Shown here: positions 16,250-23,378 of the stretch, one piece after another | Layout: every line of letters starts with the position of its first letter | Position numbering within the stretch: position 1 is the first letter of the stretch | Source of the DNA: Candidatus Limnocylindrus sp. | GTDB taxonomy: Bacteria; Chloroflexota; Limnocylindria; Limnocylindrales; Limnocylindraceae | Assembly: GCA_046086645.1 (NCBI GenBank) | Contig: JBJSXZ010000072.1 | Location: 1-34,276 of the forward strand | Direction of reading: 5' to 3' | DNA length: 34,276 nucleotides | Made by a program: the position numbers and the translations under genes | Notes under the pieces: model-generated | The model's database searches: none | What the model was told of the DNA's origin: nothing | What the model saw: the letters and a program-made list of their open reading frames with translations, nothing else

Positions 16250-16990
16250 ATGGAGCCAGTGCAGGCATATCAGTTGGTCTACAACTTGATGTCGCTCTCT
16301 ATTGCTGCAATGGGCAGCAGCTTCTTCTTCTTCGTCTCAGCGCGTAGCGCGCTGAAGCCGGAGAATCGCATGGCGGTAACGCTTTCAGCAACAGTCGTGC
16401 TGATCGCCCTCTACCACTATGTCCGCATCTTTAACTCGTGGGTAGACACCGCGGGTGGCACACTCGGCACCTTCAATGAAGCGTACCGCTACGTTGACTG
16501 GATCCTCACGGTCCCACTCCTCGTGGCAGAGTTGGTCCTGGTTCTGCGCCTCGACAGCAAGCTCGAGAGCATGTTGATCAAGCGCAACGTTGTCTACGCA
16601 TTCCTCATGATTGCGACAGGCTACATAGGCGAGATGGACGAGCAGACAACTGTCGTCCTCACGTCAGCCCGTACAATTTGGGGATTCATTAGTTCTGTCT
16701 TCTTCGTCTTGATTCTCCGCGACCTCTTCGGCGGTATCGCGGTTTCAATCAAGAAGCAGAGCAAGGAGATCCAGGGGATCTTCCGCATCCTACGTGTCGT
16801 GCTACTCGCGACATGGGGCGTTTATCCGATCGCGTACCTCTTGCCAACCATCACCACAAGCATCGGCCTCTCGGTGGCTGACGGTATGGTGTTGAAGCAG
16901 GTGGGCTACACGATCGCTGACATCTTGGCCAAGCCAGGCTATGGCCTTCTGATCTGGAAGATTGCTACCCTGAAGGACAAGGGCCGCTGA
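16250..16990 (+). CDS. microbial rhodopsin, DTE-motif light-driven proton pump (actinorhodopsin / proteorhodopsin-xanthorhodopsin-like)
   Basis: Product is 246 aa with 7 TM segments. AYRYVDWILTVPLLVAELV gives D83/T87/E94. It also has His56 (LYHY), Leu91 at the PR-105 position, and Schiff-base Lys228 in GYTIADILAKPGYGLLIW. SD GAGGGGG (16238-16244). Confidence 0.9.
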   Translation: MEPVQAYQLVYNLMSLSIAAMGSSFFFFVSARSALKPENRMAVTLSATVVLIALYHYVRIFNSWVDTAGGTLGTFNEAYRYVDWILTVPLLVAELVLVLRLDSKLESMLIKRNVVYAFLMIATGYIGEMDEQTTVVLTSARTIWGFISSVFFVLILRDLFGGIAVSIKKQSKEIQGIFRILRVVLLATWGVYPIAYLLPTITTSIGLSVADGMVLKQVGYTIADILAKPGYGLLIWKIATLKDKGR

Positions 16991-17015
16991 ACCTGACGTT
17001 CAGAACGGGAAGATC

Positions 17016-17048
17016 CATGAGGCCTGGGGGATTCCCCCAGGCCTCATG
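17016..17048 (+). terminator. intrinsic terminator after the rhodopsin gene
   Basis: CATGAGGCCTGGGGG (17016-17030) pairs with CCCCCAGGCCTCATG (17034-17048), a 15-bp perfect stem, followed by CTTT. Confidence 0.75.
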
Positions 17049-17056
17049 CTTTAGCG

Positions 17057-17072
17057 ATGCAACATGTTGCAT
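17057..17072. promoter_or_regulatory. 16-bp perfect palindrome ATGCAACATGTTGCAT, candidate operator upstream of the cys leader promoter
   Basis: The sequence is exactly self-complementary. It ends 24 nt upstream of the TACGCT -10 candidate (17097-17102), so it is adjacent to the expected -35 region. Confidence 0.35.
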
Positions 17073-17108
17073 TACCACTTCAGAACCATGAAGTAGTACG
17101 CTGCGTAC

Positions 17109-17198
17109 ATGACCGCAGCAGAACTAATCGCATGCGTCGCCGGCGAACCGAGCATCTGTCGATGCCCGTCGTTTGCCATGGAGTGCTGCGCGAGTTGA
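17109..17198 (+). CDS. putative Cys-rich leader peptide (29 codons, 5 Cys) upstream of cysK-cysE
   Basis: MTAAELIACVAGEPSICRCPSFAMECCAS*, with Cys at codons 9, 17, 19, 26 and 27. TACGCT (TANNNT) lies 6 nt upstream of the ATG, which suggests a leaderless transcript. It ends 59 nt before cysK and is too short for the ORF track. Confidence 0.45.
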   Translation: MTAAELIACVAGEPSICRCPSFAMECCAS

Positions 17199-17257
17199 AC
17201 TAGCGGGCACCAGGCAGACGGCGGGACCAACCCCGCCACGAGAGCCTGAGGTGCACC

Positions 17258-18250
17258 ATGAACGTTAAAGACTGGACACGTGTTTTCGATGACAACTCCT
17301 TGACGATTGGTCGTACGCCGCTAGTCAAGCTGCATCGCGTTACCGATAACGCAACCGCAACAGTTTTCGCAAAGATTGAGGGCCGGAACCCCGCCTACTC
17401 GGTGAAGTGTCGCCTTGGCACTGCAATGGTGCTCGATGCTGAGAAGCGCGGCGTCCTTAAACCCGGCAAAGAGATTGTGGAGCCAACGAGTGGCAACACG
17501 GGCATTGCCTTGGCGATGGTGGGGGCAGCCCGTGGCTACAAGGTGACGCTCACGATGCCTGAGACGATGAGCATTGAGCGACGAAAGCTGCTAGTTGCCT
17601 ATGGCGCAACGCTCGTCCTCACCGAGGGTGCAAAGGGCATGTCTGGTGCGATTGCGAAGGCAGAGGAGATTGCTGCCTCCGATCCCGATCGCTATGTACT
17701 GCTGCAACAGTTCAAGAACCCCGCTGGACCGGCAATTCATGAGTCGACGACGGGACCAGAGATCTGGGACGACACCGAGGGGAACGTCGACATTTTCGTT
17801 TCTGGCGTTGGCACTGGCGGTACGATTACCGGCGTTGCTCGCTACCTTAAGAACGGCCGCAAGAAGAACGTGCATGTTGTGGCAGTTGAGCCAGCAACGA
17901 GCCCTGTCATTGCGCAGCGCCTCGCGGGTCAGCCGAACCAGCCTGCACCGCACAAGATCCAGGGGATCGGCGCAGGCTTTGTGCCCGACATTCTTGACCT
18001 CTCACTCGTCGACCAGGTGGAGCCAGTGACGAATGAAGAGGCGATCGCCATGGCGCGTCGCATTGCCCGCGAAGAGGGAATTCTCGTTGGCATCTCGTGC
18101 GGTGCAGCTGCGCATGTGGCGATCAAGCTTGCACATCTTCCCGAGAATGCGGGCAAGACAATCGTGGTTATATTGCCAGACTCAGGTGAGCGATATCTCA
18201 GCACTGCGCTCTTTGAGGGAATGTTTGGGCCAGACGGTCTGCCGCTATGA
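17258..18250 (+). CDS. cysK: cysteine synthase A (O-acetylserine sulfhydrylase)
   Basis: [14 protein letters not shown] (PLP lysine), [11 protein letters not shown] and [10 protein letters not shown]. Confidence 0.92.
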   Translation: MNVKDWTRVFDDNSLTIGRTPLVKLHRVTDNATATVFAKIEGRNPAYSVKCRLGTAMVLDAEKRGVLKPGKEIVEPTSGNTGIALAMVGAARGYKVTLTMPETMSIERRKLLVAYGATLVLTEGAKGMSGAIAKAEEIAASDPDRYVLLQQFKNPAGPAIHESTTGPEIWDDTEGNVDIFVSGVGTGGTITGVARYLKNGRKKNVHVVAVEPATSPVIAQRLAGQPNQPAPHKIQGIGAGFVPDILDLSLVDQVEPVTNEEAIAMARRIAREEGILVGISCGAAAHVAIKLAHLPENAGKTIVVILPDSGERYLSTALFEGMFGPDGLPL

Positions 18251-19131
18251 GCAAGGAGATCGCAGCAGCACTGCTTGCCGCTGATGCGGCGGTGGCAAGC
18301 GCAGCGGTGGTGGCCGAAGACCGCCCCTCGCGGGGGGAGATCTCCCGCGTGATGGGCGAGCTGCGTGCTGCACTCTTCCCGCGCGAGTTAGGGCTTGCCG
18401 CGCGAGGGGAGGCGGCCGTTGCCTCCCATCTCCAGGAGGCACTCGACGGGCTCAATGAGCAGATCAGGCGTTGCGCTGTGCTCTTCGCGGCGGAGCGGCC
18501 AGGCAGGGGCGCCGCGCTTCCAGCGGACGCTGCAGCGATCGCAGGGGAGCTCGCAAGGGCACTTCCTGAAATCCGAAGGAAGCTCGAAGGCGATATCAGC
18601 GCCGCATTTGATGGGGATCCCGCTGCACAGAGTCGCTCAGAGATCCTGCACGGGTATCCGGGTGTTCGTGCGATCACCGACCACCGCATAGCGCACGTGC
18701 TCTATCAATTGGGCGTGCCACTACTCCCGCGCATTGCTGCGGAGTCGGCACACTCGGCCACGGGCATTGACATTCACCCCGGTGCAACGATTGGCGAGCG
18801 GTTCTTCGTTGACCACGGAACAGGGGTTGTTATCGGCGAAACGGCAATCATCGGCAGCGATGTACGTCTCTATCAAGGTGTAACGCTCGGGTCGAAGAGC
18901 TTCCCACACGCAGATGACGGCACCCTTGCAAAAGGAAGGCCACGCCACCCGATCATTGAAGACCGCGTCGTTATCTATTCTGGTGCGACGGTGCTCGGCA
19001 GGATCACCGTTGGTCACAACTCAACGATAGGCGGCAATGTGTGGCTGACGCGGAGCATTCCGCCGTATAGCAACATCTCGCAAGCACGAACGCGGGCCGA
19101 AGATCTTGTAGGCGAAGGACTCGGCATTTAA
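18247..19131 (+). CDS. cysE: serine O-acetyltransferase (long N-terminal form)
   Basis: [23 protein letters not shown] followed by hexapeptide repeats [35 protein letters not shown] overlap with cysK. Confidence 0.88.
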   Translation: MSKEIAAALLAADAAVASAAVVAEDRPSRGEISRVMGELRAALFPRELGLAARGEAAVASHLQEALDGLNEQIRRCAVLFAAERPGRGAALPADAAAIAGELARALPEIRRKLEGDISAAFDGDPAAQSRSEILHGYPGVRAITDHRIAHVLYQLGVPLLPRIAAESAHSATGIDIHPGATIGERFFVDHGTGVVIGETAIIGSDVRLYQGVTLGSKSFPHADDGTLAKGRPRHPIIEDRVVIYSGATVLGRITVGHNSTIGGNVWLTRSIPPYSNISQARTRAEDLVGEGLGI

Positions 19132-19147
19132 CTGCTACGGTGGCCAC

Positions 19148-20134
19148 ATGGGTAGGCGACGCATCTCTTTAGAACGTTGCTGGTTCACCCCTACCCTTGT
19201 CGCTGCACTCACCCTTGCTGGTTGCACGGCCGCGGCAAGCCCAGCACCATCGCCACGTCCAACACCCTCGGCGGTCGCCTCTCCTACGAGTACGCCTTCC
19301 GACCCCTCAGGCGACCGTGGGATTTTGATCGCGGCGGGCGATGTTGCCTCGTGTTCAACGAGCGCAGATGAAGAGACCGGAGTACTGGTCGGACAACTCC
19401 GCGACGCAGCGGTGAGGGATCACCTCGAGGTAGCGGTTGCACTGCTTGGCGACGGTGCGTATCCCAACGGGGAGGCGTCCTCGTGGGCGAACTGCTATGA
19501 CCCAGCGTGGGGTGCCTTCAAGGAGATCACGCATCCTGCTGTGGGGAACCACGAATATTTATCTGACAATGCAGCGCCGTACTTTTCGTATTTTGGTTCA
19601 GCCGCAGGAAGTCCGCAGAAGAGCTGGTACTCGTACAGGATCGGAGCCTGGCGCATCATCGTGTTGAATTCCGAATGCGCAGTCGTTGGATGTGGCACAA
19701 ACTCCAACCAGTATCGGTGGCTGACAGCATCACTTGCGAGCGCGCGCGCAGCGGGCGAACCGATTGCAGCGATGTGGCATCGACCGCGTTTCAGCACCGG
19801 AGAGCATGGCGACGCGTTGGAGATGCAGGCGATCTGGTCTGCGCTGGCCCGGGCCGGCGTTGCCATTGTGCTGAATGGGCATGAGCATAACTACGAGCGT
19901 TGGGAGCCGCTCACCGCTGCTGGATCGCCAGGAGTTACGGGCATCACCGAGTTCATTGTCGGCACAGGAGGCGCAGACCTACGAGCGCAGCGGCGCAGCG
20001 ATATGCGCAGCGCGGTCTACCATATGGTGCACGGCGTGATCAGGCTCGAACTGGCGCGTGACTCGTATAGTTGGGAGATGATTGCCCTCGGTGGGACTGT
20101 TGTTGATCAAGGTAGGGCGGAGATCGCTCCTTAG
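19148..20134 (+). CDS. secreted/lipoprotein metallophosphoesterase (calcineurin-like)
   Basis: Lipobox LTLAGC, a Pro/Ser/Thr linker, then AAGDVASC, GDGAYPNG, VGNHEY and LNGHEHNYER. TACGGT lies 6 nt upstream of the ATG. Confidence 0.75.
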   Translation: MGRRRISLERCWFTPTLVAALTLAGCTAAASPAPSPRPTPSAVASPTSTPSDPSGDRGILIAAGDVASCSTSADEETGVLVGQLRDAAVRDHLEVAVALLGDGAYPNGEASSWANCYDPAWGAFKEITHPAVGNHEYLSDNAAPYFSYFGSAAGSPQKSWYSYRIGAWRIIVLNSECAVVGCGTNSNQYRWLTASLASARAAGEPIAAMWHRPRFSTGEHGDALEMQAIWSALARAGVAIVLNGHEHNYERWEPLTAAGSPGVTGITEFIVGTGGADLRAQRRSDMRSAVYHMVHGVIRLELARDSYSWEMIALGGTVVDQGRAEIAP

Positions 20135-20208
20135 GCAACCGACGCTAGTGATTAGAATCAAGCGATGATCCACTCCTCCTTAAGGTCGTACGCCACGACG
20201 ATCCTCCA

Positions 20209-22074
20209 ATGAGCGGAGGAATGGGGCCCGGCCGCGGGGGGCATATGTTCGGCGGCGATGCCGCTGGGCCAACGAAGCCTACCGGCGCAGCACTCCCACT
20301 CCTCCGCCGAGCGGCTCGGTTTTTTCGTCCCTACCAGGCGCGCCTTGCCATCATTGGCGGCGCAATCGTCGTTTCGAGCATCCTTGGCCTAGCGAACCCC
20401 TACCTCCTCAAGCTGCTCATCGATGAAGCGATACCTAAGAAAGACATCGGACTTCTTGCGCTCTACGCGGGGCTCATGGTGCTCGTCCCCGTGATCAACG
20501 GAGGTATTGGTCTTGCTCAATCGTGGCTCACCGCGTCGGTTGGCCAGTTCGTGATGCGCGATTTACGCAACCTCCTCTTCACGCACGTGCAGTCGATGCC
20601 GATCCGCTTCTTCTCTGAGACGCGTACCGGAGAAATTCAGAGCAGGCTAACCAATGATGTCTCCGGGGTTCAGTCGGTGGTGAGCGACGCCGCGGCAAAC
20701 CTAGCTTCGAGCATCGCCATCGTCGTTTCAACCCTTGTGGCAATGACTCTCATTGATTGGCGATTGACGGCGGTAAGCCTCTGCGTTGCGCCACTCTTTC
20801 TCTACCTAACGTCGAAAGCTTCTGCCGCGCGGCGAAAGGCGAGCGCAGAGGTGCAGGGTGCGCTCGCGGACTTGACCTCAATCGCGGAGGAGCACCTCTC
20901 GGTGGGCGGGGCACTCCTGGCGAAGTCGTTCGGCAGGTCAGAGGCGGGTGCCGAGCATTTCACGAAGCGCTCAAGTGAACTCGCCACCCTGCAGTTGCGG
21001 CAGGCGCTCACGGGCCGTTGGGTCGGCGTTGTGGTGCAGGTCGTGTTCAGCGGGATTCCAGCACTTGTCTACTTCGCCGCCGGCTCCCTTGCTGCGACGG
21101 GCGCCTCGGATGCACCAACGGTCGGAGACATCGTTGCGTTCACGACCCTGCAGAGTCGCCTCTTCTTCCCACTTGCATCACTGCTCGGGCTGCAGGTTGA
21201 AATCGGGGGGAGCCTCGCACTCTTCGAGCGGATCTTCGCCTACCTTGATCTAGTTCCCGAAATTGTGGACGCTCCGAATGCCGTCGGCCTACGCCGAGTC
21301 GACGTACGTGGCAAGGTTTCATTCAACGACGTCGCGTTTCGCTACCCAGAACCTCCGCGTGCAAAGGGTGCACCGAAGCGCGATACGTTTGGACTCGCCG
21401 GCATTGCGTTCACCGTGCAGCCAGGAACGCTGACCGCACTTGTCGGACCATCCGGGTCTGGAAAGAGCACGATCCTCAGCCTGATCCCGCGTTTCTGGGA
21501 TGTGCAGAGCGGAAGCGTGCAACTCGACGGCCTTGACGTTCGTTCGATCAAACTGCGATCGCTCGGCGAGATGATCGGCGTCGTCACACAAGAGACGCAT
21601 CTGCTGCACGCAAGCATCGCCGATAACCTTCGCTACGCGCGCCCCGACGCTAGCGACTATGAGATGTGGGCGGCCCTTGACGGCGCATCACTCGCGAGTC
21701 GCGTTCGCGAACTGCCGAGCGGGCTCGATACGATCGTTGGCGAGCGCGGCTACAAGCTTTCGGGCGGAGAGCGCCAGCGCCTCGCGATCGCTCGCGTCCT
21801 GCTGAAAGATCCACCGATACTCTTACTCGACGAGGCAACCTCAGCCCTTGACTCGGTCTCAGAACGCCACGTGCAAGCGGCGCTTGAGCGCGCAATGCAA
21901 GGCCGCACAACGATTGCGGTTGCGCACCGGCTGAGCACCGTCGCCTCAGCCGACGAGATCCTCGTCTTGGATCATGGGGTGATTGTTGAGCGCGGCACCC
22001 ATGAGCAGCTTCGTTTGGCTGGACGCCTTTACGCTGAGCTCGCAGCGGTGCAATTCGGAGCGGTAGCGCCTTAA
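20209..22074 (+). CDS. ABC exporter, fused permease/ATPase (MsbA/MdlB-type)
   Basis: Six-TM N-terminal domain, Walker A GPSGSGKST, signature LSGGERQRLAIAR and Walker B LLLDEATSALD. Confidence 0.88.
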   Translation: MSGGMGPGRGGHMFGGDAAGPTKPTGAALPLLRRAARFFRPYQARLAIIGGAIVVSSILGLANPYLLKLLIDEAIPKKDIGLLALYAGLMVLVPVINGGIGLAQSWLTASVGQFVMRDLRNLLFTHVQSMPIRFFSETRTGEIQSRLTNDVSGVQSVVSDAAANLASSIAIVVSTLVAMTLIDWRLTAVSLCVAPLFLYLTSKASAARRKASAEVQGALADLTSIAEEHLSVGGALLAKSFGRSEAGAEHFTKRSSELATLQLRQALTGRWVGVVVQVVFSGIPALVYFAAGSLAATGASDAPTVGDIVAFTTLQSRLFFPLASLLGLQVEIGGSLALFERIFAYLDLVPEIVDAPNAVGLRRVDVRGKVSFNDVAFRYPEPPRAKGAPKRDTFGLAGIAFTVQPGTLTALVGPSGSGKSTILSLIPRFWDVQSGSVQLDGLDVRSIKLRSLGEMIGVVTQETHLLHASIADNLRYARPDASDYEMWAALDGASLASRVRELPSGLDTIVGERGYKLSGGERQRLAIARVLLKDPPILLLDEATSALDSVSERHVQAALERAMQGRTTIAVAHRLSTVASADEILVLDHGVIVERGTHEQLRLAGRLYAELAAVQFGAVAP

Positions 22075-23279
22075 CGAGGTTTTTGCTTGCGAATCTTCTT
22101 TCGGGCGGTCTGAATCGTATAAATACCGCGCCGCAGCAGGGCACCTATTTGGAAACGGAAAAGCAACAGGTTGATTGAGAATCCTGGCATTTGCTCTTTT
22201 GGTTGCAACATCCCAGAAGTTATCATCGTTGCAATGACCATATTTGCTGCGCTAGTTACCTTCTCCTTTTGCTGGTCCAGCTCAGCTCTGGAAGCGTCAG
22301 TGTTTTCTGTGTTTACAGGCTCCGAGAAGAGGGTAAGGTCTCCGATAATACGGACGCCGCTCTCGCGCAAGCCTCTTTCAATTTCTAGGCTTACGCGCTC
22401 AACCTCCTTTGCAGATTCCTCTGGGATGCGAGTTCGCTCCGAGGTAGTTTCTTGTAGGTGATTCACAAAACCGTCAAATGTTCGCCACACGAGCTTCTTG
22501 TAGTTGGTTTGCGTTCCGCCAAGCTCAGCGTACTTCTGGTTTATCTTGAGCAGCACTTCAGCTTCGAACTTTGATAGTGAGGGATTCGTCTTTGGCGGGA
22601 GTATCGTCATCTTTGCAGGGTCTACTCCTAGGATCGACGAGAAAGAATCTACAACGAACGGCCTGTTCCGCTCGTCAGCGACAATCACGGTCACGCGATC
22701 CGGACCTAAGGCATCCGCCCACCGCATCGCTATCTCGTCATATCGATGCTTTAGCCAAAAACGAGCTTTTAAATCGTGCGCCGCATTGCCACGCGGATAA
22801 TCGTCATTCAAGAGCTTCGCCAAAAAGTGAGAAAAGCTACTGCGGTATCCAAACTTCAGTCTCTGTTGCCAGGCAGATGGAAGTGTTTTGGCAATCGGCC
22901 GCACCACAAGTACAGCGTGCATCCGATCCCGCCCAAGATCTCGGACGATTCGTTGCACCGGTTCTGCCGGCGCACTCGCGTACCACTCGCTGCTGATTAA
23001 AGCAAGGCGTTCGGTTGTAGCACCTACCTCTTTCGTGAGGGCCTCCCAATGTGAGATTGGTGGAACTACGCCGGCAATCCTCTGCTTTACTCCCGATACA
23101 GCTTTTGCTGGTGTGGCCCAATGCGTGCGGTTGCCGACGTAGTGCACACCGGCTTTCTCCAGTTCTGCACGGTTCGCATTCCACAGCGCCTGGAGCGTCG
23201 TTGATCCGCACTTTGGCGCGCCGATATGGATAATCCGATCAAATGGGGGGACCGTGCGCGGTAGAGGTTGCTCTGGCAT
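22071..23279 (-). CDS. sulfotransferase-like protein, paralogue 1 (uncharacterised ~400-aa family)
   Basis: IHIGAPKCGSTTLQ is a PKxG(S/T)T PAPS 5'-phosphosulfate loop, and VVRPIAKTLPSAWQQ is 3'-phosphate-loop-like. It is colinear with the 30812-32023 product. ATG 23279 is preferred: TACTCT lies 6 nt upstream, whereas the GTG 23309 start has an SD only 1 nt away. Confidence 0.6.
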   Translation of the reverse strand: MPEQPLPRTVPPFDRIIHIGAPKCGSTTLQALWNANRAELEKAGVHYVGNRTHWATPAKAVSGVKQRIAGVVPPISHWEALTKEVGATTERLALISSEWYASAPAEPVQRIVRDLGRDRMHAVLVVRPIAKTLPSAWQQRLKFGYRSSFSHFLAKLLNDDYPRGNAAHDLKARFWLKHRYDEIAMRWADALGPDRVTVIVADERNRPFVVDSFSSILGVDPAKMTILPPKTNPSLSKFEAEVLLKINQKYAELGGTQTNYKKLVWRTFDGFVNHLQETTSERTRIPEESAKEVERVSLEIERGLRESGVRIIGDLTLFSEPVNTENTDASRAELDQQKEKVTSAANMVIATMITSGMLQPKEQMPGFSINLLLFRFQIGALLRRGIYTIQTARKKIRKQKPR

Positions 23280-23378
23280 GCGGTAAGAGTAGCCGATCCC
23301 ACCACGCACGCCTCCTCGTGCATTTGCGCGGCATGCGACGATCCGTCAGAGTAATACGAGCCAAAAAGGGGAGGGCAC

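Noticed and set aside
13342-16990. Possible functional unit of NhaA + rhodopsin, with a light-driven proton gradient powering Na+ extrusion.
   Set aside because: The only evidence is proximity. nhaA is separated from the rhodopsin by the carotenoid gene, appears to have its own promoter, and is a common housekeeping gene.
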